Origin: Mobula hypostoma | Lineage: Eukaryota | Direction: 5' to 3' | DNA length: 64,000 nucleotides | NCBI RefSeq assembly: GCF_963921235.1 | Contig: NW_026948111.1 | Location: 1 to 64,000, forward strand | Shown here: positions 1-12,899 of the stretch, one piece after another | Numbering within the stretch: the stretch's first letter is position 1 | Layout of the letters: every line of letters starts with the position of its first letter | Notes under the pieces: model-generated | What the model was told of the DNA's origin: nothing | Seen by the model: only the letters and a program-made list of their open reading frames with translations | Databases searched by the model: none | Program-made: the position numbers and the translations under genes

Positions 1-3000
1 ATCAGAGCGAGGACACTGCCTTTTGATCACTGGTGGGATTGCTCTATGAGAGAGAGGACACTGCATTTTGATCACTGGTGGGATCACTCTATGAGAGAGA
101 GGCCACTGCCTTTTGATCACTGGTGGGATCGCTCTCTTATCAGAGAGAGGACACTGCCTTTTGATCACTGGTGGGATCACTCCGTTATCAGAGAGAGGAC
201 TGCCTTTTGATCCCTGGTGGGATTGCTCTATGAGAGAGAGGACTGCCTTGTGATCACTGGTGGGATTGCTCTATGAGAGAGAGGACTGCCTTGTGATCGC
301 TGGTGGGATGGCTCTATGAGAGAGAGGACACTGCCTTTTGATCACTGGTGGGATCGCTCTGTTATCAGAGAGAGGACGCTGCCTTTTGATCATTGGAGGG
401 ATCACTCCGTTATCAGAGAGAGGACTGCCTTTTGATCACTGGTGGGATCACTCTGTTATCAGAGAGAGAGAGGACAATGTCTTTTGATCACTGGTGGAAT
501 CGCTCTATGAGAGAGAGGACACTGCATTGTGATCACTGGTGGGATCGCTCTGTTATCAGAGAGAGGAGACTGCCTTTTGATCACTGCTGGGATTGCTCTA
601 TGAGAGAGAGGACTGCCTTGTGATCGCTGGTGGGATTGCTCTATGAGAGAGAGGACTGCCTTGTGATCGCTGGTGGGATTGCTCTATGAGAGAGAGGACA
701 CTGCCTTTTGATCACTGGTGGGATCGCTCTATGAGAGAGAGGACACTGCCTTGTGACCACTGGTGGGATCGCTCTGTTCTCAGAGAGAGGACACTGCCTT
801 GTGATCACTGGTGGGATCACTCTGTTATCAGAGAGAGGGGACACTGCCTTGTGATCACTGGTGGGATCGCTCTATGAGAGAGAGGACACTGCCTTGTGAC
901 CACTGGTGGGATCGCTCTGTTCTCAGAGAGAGGACACTGCCTTGTGATCACTGGTGGGATCACTCTGTTATCAGAGAGAGGGGACACTGCCTTGTGATCA
1001 CTGGTGGGATCGCTCTATGAGAGAGAGGACACTGCCTTTTGATCACTGGTGGGATCACTCTGTTATCAGAGAGAGAGGACACTGCCTTGAGACCACTGGT
1101 GGGATCGCTCTGTTATCAGAGAGAGGACACTGCCTTGTGATCACTGGTGGGATCGCTCTGTTATCAGAGAGGACACTGCCTTTTAATAACTGGTGGGATC
1201 GCTCTGTTATCGGAGAGAGGACACTGCCTTTTGATCACTGGTGGGATCACTCTGTTATCAGAGAGAGGACACTGCCTTTTGATCACTGGTGGGATCGCTC
1301 TATGAGAGAGAGGACACTGCCTTTTGATCACTGGTGGGATTGCTCTATGAGAGAGAGGACACTGCCTTGAGACCACTGGTGGGATCGCTCTGTTATCAGA
1401 GAGAGGACACTGCCTTGTGATCACTGGTGGGATCACTCTGTTATCAGAGAGAGAGGACACTGCCTTGTGATCACTGGTAGGATAGCTCTATGAGAGACAG
1501 GACACTGCCTTTTGATCACTGGTGGGATCACTCTGTTATCAGAGAGAGAGGACACTGCCTTGTGATCACTGGTAGGATAGCTCTATGAGAGACAGGACAC
1601 TGCCTTTTGATCACTGGTGGGATCGCTCTGTTATCAGACAGAGGACACTGCCTTGTGATCACTGGTGGGATCGCTCTGTTATCAGAGAGAGGACACTGCC
1701 TTTTGATCACTGGTGGGATCACTCCGTTATCAGAGCGAGGACACTGCCTTTTGATCACTGGTGGGATTGCTCTATGAGAGAGAGGACACTGCATTTTGAT
1801 CACTGGTGGGATCACTCTATGAGAGAGAGGCCACTGCCTTTTGATCACTGGTGGGATCGCTCTCTTATCAGAGAGAGGACACTGCCTTTTGATCACTGGT
1901 GGGATCACTCCATTATCAGAGAGAGGACTGCCTTTTGATCTCTGGTGGGATTGCTCTATGAGAGAGAGGACTGCCTTGTGATCACTGGTGGGATTGCTCT
2001 ATGAGAGAGAGGACTGCCTTGTGATCGCTGGTGGGATGGCTCTATGAGAGAGAGGACACTGCCTTTTGATCACTGGTGGGATCGCTCTGTTATCAGAGAG
2101 AGGACGCTGCCTTTTGATCATTGGAGGGATCACTCCGTTATCAGAGAGAGGACTGCCTTTTGATCACTGGTGGGATCACTCTGTTATCAGAGAGAGAGAG
2201 GACAATGTCTTTTGATCACTGGTGGAATCGCTCTATGAGAGAGAGGACACTGCCTTGTGATCACTGGTGGGATCGCTCTGTTATCAGAGAGAGGAGACTG
2301 CCTTTTGATCACTGCTGGGATTGCTCTATGAGAGAGAGGACTGCCTTGTGATCGCTGGTGGGATTGCTCTATGAGAGAGAGGACTGCCTTGTGATCGCTG
2401 GTGGGATTGCTCTATGAGAGAGAGGACACTGCCTTTTGATCACTGGTGGGATCGCTCTATGAGAGAGAGGACACTGCCTTGTGACCACTGGTGGGATCGC
2501 TCTGTTCTCAGAGAGAGGACACTGCCTTGTGATCACTGGTGGGATCACTCTGTTATCAGAGAGAGGGGACACTGCCTTGTGATCACTGGTGGGATCGCTC
2601 TATGAGAGAGAGGACACTGCCTTGTGACCACTGGTGGGATCGCTCTGTTCTCAGAGAGAGGACACTGCCTTGTGATCACTGGTGGGATCACTCTGTTATC
2701 AGAGAGAGGGGACACTGCCTTGTGATCACTGGTGGGATCGCTCTATGAGAGAGAGGACACTGCCTTTTGATCACTGGTGGGATCACTCTATGAGAGAGAG
2801 GACACTGCCTTGAGACCACTGGTGGGATCGCTCTGTTATCAGAGAGTGGACACTGCCTTGTGATCACTGGTGGGATCGCTCTGTTATCAGAGAGGACACT
2901 GCCTTTTAATAACTGGTGGGATCGCTCTGTTATCGGAGAGAGGACACTGGCTTTTGATCACTGGTGGGATCACTCTGTTATCAGAGAGAGGACACTGCCT

Positions 3001-3330
3001 TTTGATCACTGGTGGGATCGCTCTATGAGAGAGAGGACACTGCCTTTTGATCACTGGTGGGATTGCTCTATGAGGGAGAGGACACTGCCTTGAGACCACT
3101 GGTGGGATCGCTCTGTTATCAGAGAGAGGACACTGCCTTGTGATCACTGGTGGGATCACTCTGTTATCAGAGAGAGAGGACACTGCCTTGTGATCACTGG
3201 TAGGATAGCTCTATGAGAGACAGGACACTGCCTTTTGATCACTGGTGGGATCACTCTGTTATCAGAGAGAGAGGACACTGCCTTGTGATCACTGGTAGGA
3301 TAGCTCTATGAGAGACAGGACACTGCCTTT
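1..3330. repeat. Higher-order tandem duplication, period 1,728 bp (1,723 after one 50->45-bp monomer swap)
   Basis: Position 1 (atcagagcgaggacactgcc...ctgcattttg...ggccactgcc...ctctcttatc) recurs at 1729. ORF pairs 393/2121, 641/2369, 686/2414 and 811/2539 are all offset by 1,728, and 1164/2887 by 1,723. Confidence 0.9.
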
Positions 3331-6300
3331 TGATCACTGGTGGGATCACTCTGTTATCAGAGAGAGAGGACACTGCCTTTTGATCACTGGTGGGATCAGT
3401 CTGTTATCAGAGAGAGAGGACACTGCCTTGTGATCACTGGTGGGATCGCTCTATGAGAGAGAGGACACTGCCTTTTGATCACTGGTGGGATCACTCTATG
3501 AGAGAGAGGACACTGCCTTGAGACCACTGGTGGGATCGCTCTGTTATCAGAGAGAGGACACTGCCTTGTGATCACTGGTGGGATCGCTCTGTTATCAGAG
3601 AGGACACTGCCTTTTAATAACTGGTGGGATCGCTCTGTTATCGGAGAGAGGACACTGCCTTTTGATCACTGGTGGGATCACTCTGTTATCAGAGAGAGGA
3701 CACTGCCTTTTGATCACTGGTGGGATCGCTCTATGAGAGAGAGGACACTGCCTTTTGATCACTGGTGGGATTGCTCTATGAGAGAGAGGACACTGCCTTG
3801 AGGCCACTGGTGGGATCGCTCTGTTATCACAGAGAGGACACTGCCTTGTGATCACTGGTGGGATCACTCTGTTATCAGAGACAGGACACTGCCTTTTGAT
3901 CACTGGTGGGATTGCTCTATGAGAGAGAGGACTGCCTTGTGATCGCTGGTGGGACTGCTCTATGAGAGAGAGGACACTGCCTTTTGATAACTGGTGGGAT
4001 CACTCTGTTATCAGAGAGAGAGGACACTGCCTTTTGATCACTGGTGGGATCACTCTGTTATAAAAGAGAGAGGACACTGCCTTTTGATCTCTGGTGGGAT
4101 CGCTCTATGAGAGAGAGGACACTGCCTTGTGACCACTGGTGGGATCGCCCTATGAGAGAGAGGACACTGCCTTGTGATCACTGGTGGGATCGCTCTGTTA
4201 TCAGAGAGAGGACACTGCCTTGTGATCACTGGTGGGATCACTCTGTTATCAGAGAGAGAGGACACTGCCTTGTGATCACTGGTAGGATAGCTCTATGAGA
4301 GACAGGACACTGCCTTTTGATCACTGGTGGGATCACTCTGTTATCAGAGAGAGAGGACACTGCCTTTTGATCACTGGTGGGATCAGTCTGTTATCAGAGA
4401 GAGAGGACACTGCCTTGTGATCACTGGTGGGATCGCTCTGTTATCAGAGAGAGGACACTGCCTTTCGATCACTGGTAGGATCACTATGTTATCAGAGAGA
4501 GAGGACACTGCCTTTTGATCACTGGTGGGATCGCTCTATGAGAGAGAGGACACTGCCTTTTGATCACTGGTGGGATCACTCTGTTATCAGAGAGAGAGGA
4601 CACTGCCTTTTGATCACTGGTGGGATCGTTCTATGAGAGAGAGGACACTGCCTTGAGACCACTGGTGGGATCGCTCTGTTATCAGAGAGAGGACACTGCC
4701 TTGTGATCACTGGTGGGATCGCTCTGTTATCAGAGAGAACACTGCCTTTTAATAACTGGTGGGATCGCTCTGTTATCGGAGAGAGGACACTGCCTTTTGA
4801 TCACTGGTGGGATCACTCTGTTATCAGAGAGAGGACACTGCCTTTTGATCACTGGTGGGATCGCTCTATGAGAGAGAGGACACTGCCTTTTGATCACTGG
4901 TGGGATTGCTCTATGAGAGAGAGGACACTGCCTTGAGACCACTGGTGGGATCGCTCTGTTATCAGAGAGAGGACACTGCCTTGTGATCACTGGTGGGATC
5001 ACTCTGTTATCAGAGAGAGAGGACACTGCCTTGTAATCACTGGTGGGATCGCTCTGTTATCAGAGAGAGGACACAGCCTTTTGATCACCGGTGGGATCGC
5101 TCTATGAGAGAGAGGACACTGCCTTTTGATCACTGGTGGGATAGCTCTGTTATCAGAGCGAGAGGACACTGCCTTTTGATCACTGGTGGGATTGCTCGAT
5201 GAGAGAGAGGACACTGCCTTGTGATCACTGGTGGGATCGCTCTGTTATCAGAGAGGAGACTGCCTTTTGATAACTGATGGGATCGCTCTGTTATCGGAGA
5301 AAGTACACTCCCTTTTGATCACTGGTGGGATCACTCTGTTATCAGAGAGAGGACACTGCCTTTTGATCACTGGTGGGATTGCTCTATGAGAGAGAGGACA
5401 CTGCCTTTTGATCACTGGTGGGATCGCTCCGTTATCAGAGAGAGGACACTGCCTTTTGATCACTGGTGGGATTGCTCTATGAGAGAGAGGACACTGCCTT
5501 GTGATCACTGGTGGGATCACTCTGTTCTCAGAGAGAGGACACTGCCTTTCGATCACTGGTAGGATCACTCTGTTATCAGAGAGAGAGGACACTGCCTTTT
5601 GATCACTGGTGGGATTGCTCCATTAGAGAGAGGACACTGCCTTTTGATCACTGGTGGGATCAGTCTGTTATCAGAGAGAGAAGACACTGCCTTGTTATTA
5701 CTGGTGGGATCGCTCTGTGATCAGAGAGAGGACAATACTTTTTGATCACTGGTGGGATCGCTCTGTTATCAGAGAGAGGACACTGCCTTTTGATCACTGG
5801 TGGGATCACTCCGTTATCAGAGCGAGAACACTGCCTTTTGATCACTGGTGGGATTGCTCTATGAGAGAGAGGACTGCCTTGTGATCGCTGGTGGGATTGC
5901 TCTATGAGAGAGAGGACGCTGCCTTTTGATCACTGGTGGGATCGCTCTATGAGAGAGAGGACACTGCCTTGTGACCACTGGTGGGATCGCTCTGTTATCA
6001 GAGAGAGGACACTGCCTTGTGATCACTGGTGGGAACACTCTGTTATCAGAGAGAGAGGACACTGCCTTGTGATCACTGGTATGATCGCTCTGTGAGAGAG
6101 AGGACACTGCCTTTTGATCACTGGTGGGATCACTCTGTTATCTGAGAGAGAGGACACTGCCTTTTGATCACTGGTGGGATCGCTCTATGAGAGAGAGGAC
6201 ACTGCCTTGTGACCACTGGTGGGATCGCTCTGTTATCAGAGAGAGGACACTGCCTTGTGATCACTGGTGGGATCACTCTGTTATCAGAGACAGAGGACAC

Positions 6301-8929
6301 TGCCTTGTGATCACTGGTGGGATCGCTCTGTGATCAGAGAGAGGACAATACTTTTTGATCACTGGTGGGATCGCTCTGTTATCAGAGAGAGGACACTGCC
6401 TTTTGATCACTGGTGGGATCACTCCGTTATCAGAGCGAGGACACTCTCTTTTGATCACTGGTGGGATTGCTCTATGAGAGAGAGGACTGCCTTGTGATCG
6501 CTGGTGGGATTGCTCTATGAGAGAGAGGACACTGCCTTGTGATCACTGGTGGGATCACTCTGTTATCAGAGAGAGAGGACACTGCCTTGTGATCACTGGT
6601 AGGATCGCTCTATGAGAGACAGGACACTGCCTTTTGATCACTGGTGGGATCACTCTGTTATCAGAGAGAGAGGACACTGCCTTTTGATCACTGGTGGGAT
6701 CGCTCAATGAGAGAGAGGACACTGCCTTGTGACCACTGGTGGGATCGCTCTGTTATCAGTAGAGGACACAGCCTTTTGATCACTGGTGGGATCGCTCTGT
6801 TATCAGAGAGAGGACACTGCCTTTTGATCACTGGTGGGATCACTCCGTTATCAGAGCGAGGACACTGCTTTTTGATCACTGGTGGGATTGCTCTATGAGA
6901 GAGAGGACACTGCCTTGTGATCACTGGTGGGATCACTCTGTTCTCAGAGAGAGGACACTGCCTTTCGATCACTGGTAGGATCGCTCTGTTATCGGAGAGA
7001 GGACACTGCCTTTTGATCACTGGTGGGATTGCTCTATGAGAGAGAGGACACTGCCTTTTGATCACTGGTGGGATCACTCTGTTATCAGAGAGAGAGGACA
7101 CTGCCTTGTGATCACTGGTGGGATCGCTGTGTTATCAGAGAGAGGACAATGCTTTTTGATCACTGGTGGGATCGCTCTGTTATCAGAGAGAGGACCCTGC
7201 CTTTTGATCACTGGTGGGATCACTCCGTTATCAGAGCGAGGACACTGCCTTTTGATCACTGGTGGGATTGCTCTATGAGAGAGAGGACTGCCTTGTGTTC
7301 GCTGGTGGGATTGCTCTATGAGAGAGAGGACACTGCCTTTTGATCACTGGTAGGATCGCTCTCTTATCAGAGAGAGGACACTGCCTTTTGATCACTGGTG
7401 GGATTGCTCTATGAGAGAGAGGACACTGCCTTTTGATCACTGGTGGGATCACTCTGTTATCAGAAAGAGAGGACACTGCTTGTGATCACTGGTGGGATCG
7501 CTCTGTTATCAGAGAGAGGACAATGCTTTTTGATCACTGGTGGGATCGCTCTGTTATCAGAGAGAGGACCCTGCCTTTTGATCACTGGTGGGATCACTCC
7601 GTTATCAGAGCGAGGACACTGCCTTTTGATCACTGGTGGGATTGCTCTATGAGAGAGAGGACTGCCTTGTGATCGTTGGTGGGATTGCTCTATGAGAGAG
7701 AGGACACTGCCTTTTGATCACTGGTGGGATCGCTCTGTTATCAGAGAGAGGACACTGCCTTTTGATCACTGGTGGGATCACTCCGTTATCAGAGAGAGGA
7801 CTGCCTTTTGATCACTGGTGGGATCGCTCTGTTATCAGAGAGAGAACTCAGCCTTTTGATCACTGGTGGGATTGCACTATGAGAGAGAGGACTGCCTTGT
7901 GATCGCTGGTGGGATTGCTCTATGAGAGAGAGGACACTGCCTTTTGATCACTGGTGGGATCGCTCTGTTATCAGAGAGAGAGAAGACAATGTCTTTTGAT
8001 CACTGGTGGAATCACTCTATGAGAGAGAGGACACTGCCTTGTGATCACTGGTGAGATCGCTCGGTTATCAGAGAGAACACTGCCTTTTGATCACTGGTGG
8101 GATCGCTCTATGAGAGAGAGGACACTGCCTTTTGATCACTGGTGGGATCGCCCTATGAGTGAGAGGACACGGCCTTGTGATCACTGGTGGGATCGCTCTA
8201 TGAGAGAGAGGACTGCCTTGTGATCGCTGGTGGGATTAATCTATGAGAGAGAGGACACTGCATTTTGATCACTGGTGGGATCACTCTGTTATCAGAGAGA
8301 GGACACTGCATTTTAATCACTGGTGGGATTGCTCTATGAGAGAGAGGACTGCCTTGTGATCGCTGGTGGGATTGCTCTATGAGAGAGAGGACACTGCCTT
8401 TTGATCACTGGTGGGATCACTCTGTTATCAGAGCGAGAGAGGACAATGTCTTTTGATCACTGGTGGAATCGCTCTATGAGAGAGAGGACACTGCCTTGTG
8501 ATCACTGGTGGGATCGCTCTGTTATCAGACCGAGGACACTGCCTTGTGAGCACTGGTGGGATCGCTCTGTTATCAGAGAGAGGACACTGTCTTTTGATCA
8601 CTGGTGGGATTGCTCTATGAGAGAGAGGACTGCCTTGTGATCGCTGGTGGGATTGCTCTATGAGAGAGAGGACACTGCCTTTTGATCACTGGTGGGATCA
8701 CTCTGTTATCAGAGAGAGAGGACACTGCCTTTTGATCACTGGTGGGATCGCTCTATGAGAGAGAGGACACTGCCTTGTGACCACTGGTGGGATCGCTCTG
8801 TTATCAGAGAGAGGACACTGCCTTGTGATCACTGATGGGATCGCTCTATGAGAGAGAGGACACTGCCTTTTGATCACTGGTGGGATTGCACTATGAGAGA
8901 GAGGACACTGCCTTTTGATCATTGGTGGG

Positions 8930-10900
8930 ATCACTCTGTTATCAGAGAGAGAGGACACTGCCTTGTGATCACTGGTGGGATCGCTCTGTTATCAGAGAGA
9001 GGACAATGCTTTTTGATCACTGGTGGGATCGCTCTATTATCAGAGAGAGGACACTGCCTTTTGATCACTGGTGGGATCACTCCGTTATCAAAGCGAGGAC
9101 ACTGCCTTTTGATCACTGGTGGGATTGCTCTATGAGAGAGAGGTCTGCCTTGTGATCGCTGGAGAGGACACTGCCTATTGATCACTGGTGGGATCGCTCT
9201 GTTATCAGAGAGAGGACACTGCCTTTTGATCACTGGTGGGATCACTCCGTTATCAGAGAGAGGACTGCCTTTTGATCACTGGTGGGATCGCTCTGTTATC
9301 AGAGAGAGGAAACTGCCTTTTGATCACTGGTGGGATTGCTCTATGAGAGAGAGGACTGCCTTGTGATCGCTGGTGGGATTGCTCTATGAGAGAGAGGACA
9401 CTGCCTTTTGATCACTGGTGGGATCACACTGTTATCACAGAGAGAGAGGACAATGTCTTTTGATCACTGGTGGAATCGCTCTATGAGAGAGAGGACACTG
9501 CCTTGTGATCACTGGTGGGATCGCTCGGTTATCAGAGAGAGGACACTGCCGTTTGATCACTGGTGGGATTGCTCTATGAGAGAGAGGACACAGCCTTTTG
9601 ATAACTGGTGGGATCACTCTGTTATCAGAGAGAGAGGACACTGCCTTTTGATCACTGGTGGGATCGCTCTATGAGAGAGAGGACACTGCCTTGTGACCAC
9701 TGGTGGGATCACTCTGTTATCAGAGAGAGGACACTGCATTTTAATCACTGGTGGGATTGCTCTATGAGAGAGAGGACTGCCTTGTGATCGCTGGTGGGAT
9801 TGCTCTATGAGAGAGAGGACACTGCCTTTTGATCACTGGTGGGATCACTCTGTTATCAGAGCGAGAGAGGACACTGCCTTGTGATCACTGGTGGGATCGC
9901 TCTGTTATCAGACCGAGGACACTGCCTTGTGAGCACTGGTGGGATCGCTCTGTTATCAGAGAGAGGACACTGTCTTTTGATCACTGGTGGGATCGCTCTA
10001 TGAGAGAGAGGACACTGCCTTGTGACCACTGGTGGGATCGCTCTGTTATCAGAGAGAGGACACTGCCTTGTGATCACTGGTAGGATCACTCTGTTATCAG
10101 AGAGAGAGGACACTGCCTTTTGATCACTGGTGGGATTGCTCTATGAGAGAGAGGACACTGCCTTTTGATCACTCTGTTATCAGAGAGAGAGGACACTGCC
10201 TTGTGATCACTGGTGGGATCGCTCTGTTCTCAGAGAGAGGACAATGCTTTTTAATCACTGGTGGGATCGCTCTGTTATCAGAGAGAGGACACTGACTTTT
10301 GATCACTGGTGGGATCACTCCGTTATCAGAGCGAGGACACTACCTTTTGATCACTGGTGGGATTGCTCTATGAGAGAGAGGTCTGCCTTGTGATCGCTGG
10401 AGAGGACACTGCCTATTGATCACTGGTGGGATCGCTCTGTTATCAGAGAGAGGACACTGCCTTTTGATCACTGGTGGGATCACTCCGTTATCAGAGAGAG
10501 GACACTGCCTTTTGATCACTGGTGGGATCGCTCTGTTATCAGAGAGAGGACACTGCATTTTGATCACTGGTAGGATTGCTCTATGAGAGAGAGCACTGCC
10601 TTGTGATCGCTGGTGGGATTGCTCTATGAGACAGAGGACACTGCCATTTGATCACTGGTGGGATCCCTCTGTTATCAGAGAGAGAGAGGACAATGTCTTT
10701 TGATCACTGGTGGAATCGCTCTATGAGAGAGAGGACACTGCCTTGTGATCACTGGTGGGATCGCTCGGTTATCAGAGAGAGGACACTGCCGTTTGATCAC
10801 TGGTGGGATTGCTCTATGAGAGAGAGGACACAGCCTTTTGATAACTGGTGGGATCACTCTGTTATCAGAGAGAGAGGACACTGCCTTTTGATCACTGGTG
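8930..10900. repeat. Imperfect higher-order duplication, offset ~1,240 bp, tagged by a 19-bp-deleted monomer
   Basis: ggtctgccttgtgatcgctggagaggacactgcctattg occurs at ~9142 and ~10380. ORFs 9408/10648 and 9435/10675 are offset by 1,240. Confidence 0.75.
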
Positions 10901-12899
10901 GGATCGCTCTGTTATCAGAGAGAGGACACTGCCTTGTGATCACTGGTGGGATCACTCTGTTATCAGAGAGAGGACACTGCCTTTTGATCACTGGTGGGAT
11001 TGCTCTATGAGAGAGAGGACTGCCTTGTGATCGCTGGTGGGATTGCTCTATGAGAGAGAGGACACTGCCTTTTGATCACTGGTGGGATCACTCTGTTATC
11101 AGAGCGAGAGAGGACAATGTCTTTTGATCACTGGTGGAATCGCTCTATGAGAGAGAGGACACTGCCTTGTGATCACTGGTGGGATCGCTCTGTTATCAGA
11201 CCGAGGACACTGCCTTGTGAGCACTGGTGGGATCGCTCTGTTATCAGAGAGAGGACACTGTCTTTTGATCACTGGTGGGATCGCTCTATGAGAGAGAGGA
11301 CACTGCCTTTTGATCACTGGTGGGATCGCCCTATGAGTGAGAGGACACTGCCTTGTGATCACTGGTGGGATCGCTCTATGAGAGAGAGGACTGCCTTGTG
11401 ATCGCTGGTGGGATTAATCTATGAGAGAGAGGACACTGCCTTTTGATCACTGGTGGGATCACTCTGTTATCAGAGAGAGGACACTGCATTTTAATCACTG
11501 GTGGGATCACTCCGTTATCAGAGAGAGGACTGCCTTTTGATCACTGGTGGGATTGCTCTATGAGAGAGAGGACTGCCTTGTGATCGTTGGTGGGATTGCT
11601 CTAGAGAGAGGACACTGCCTTTTGATCACTGGTGGGATCACTCTGCTATCAGAGCGAGAGAGGACAATGTCTTTTGATCACTGGTGGAATCGCTCTATGA
11701 GAGAGAGGACACTGCCTTGTGATCACTGGTGGGATCGCTCTGTTATCAGAGAGAGGACACTGCCTTGTGATCACTGGTGCGATTGCTCTATGAGAGAGAG
11801 GACACTGCCTTTTCATGACTGGTGAGATCGCTCTGTTATCAGAGAGGACACTGCCTTTTGATCACTGGTGGGATCGCTCTGTTATCAGAGAGAGAGGACA
11901 CTGCCTTGTGATCACTGGTGGGATCGCTCTATGAGAGAGAGGACACTGCCTTGTGACCACTGGTGGGATCGCTCTGTTATCAGAGAAAGGACACTGCCTT
12001 GTGATCACTGGTGGGATCACTCTGTTATCAGAGAGAGAGGACAATGCCTTGTGATCACTGGTGGGATCGCTCTATGAGAGAGACGACACTGCCTTTTGAT
12101 CACTGGTGGGATTGCTCTATGAGAGAGAGGACACTGCCTTTTGATCATTGGTGGGATCACTCTGTTATCAGAGAGAGAGGACACTGCCTTGTGATCACTG
12201 GTGGGATCGCTCTGTTATCAGAGAGAGGACAATGCTTTTTGATCACTGGTGGGATCGCTCTATTATCAGAGAGAGGACACTGCCTTTTGATCACTGGTGG
12301 GATCACTCTGTTATCAGAGCGAGGACACTGCCTTTTGATCACTGGTGGGATTGCTCTATGAGAGAGAGGACTGCCTTGTGATCGCTGGTGGGATTGCTCT
12401 ATGAGAGAGAGCACACTGCCTTTTGATCACTGGTGGGATCGCTCTGTTATCAGAGAGAGGACACTGCCTTTTGATCACTGGTGGGATCACTCCGTTATCA
12501 GAGAGAGGACTGCCTTTTGATCACTGGTGGGATCGCTCTGTTATCAGAGAGAGGAAACTGCCTTTTGATCACTGGTGGGATTGCTCTATGAGAGAGAGCA
12601 CTGCCTTGTGATCGCTGGTGGGATTGCTCTATGAGACAGAGGACACTGCCATTTGATCACTGGTGGGATCACTCTGTTATCACAGAGAGAGAGGACAATG
12701 TCTTTTGATCACTGGTGGAATCGCTCTATGAGAGAGAGGACACTGCCTTGTGATCACTGGTGGGATCGCTCTGTTATCAGAGAGAGGACACTGCCTTTTG
12801 ATCACTGGTGGGATCGCTCTATGAGAGAGAGGACACTGCCTTTTGATCACTGGTGGGATCGCTCTGTTATCAGAGAGAGAGGACACTGCCTTTTGATCA

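Noticed and set aside
28..40. CTCF-like (CCACCAG on the minus strand) and CSL/RBPJ-like (GTGGGA) motifs in each monomer
   Set aside because: These are half matches only. The GGGGCGC-like half of the CTCF core is absent, and the consensus reads GTGGGAT, not GTGGGAA.
9420..9445. Co-occurring cacactg...cacag and cagagcg variants as compensatory changes of a conserved RNA hairpin
   Set aside because: The changes do not restore pairing in the CTCTG/CAGAG stem, and their linkage is explained by shared descent. There is no support for a structured ncRNA.
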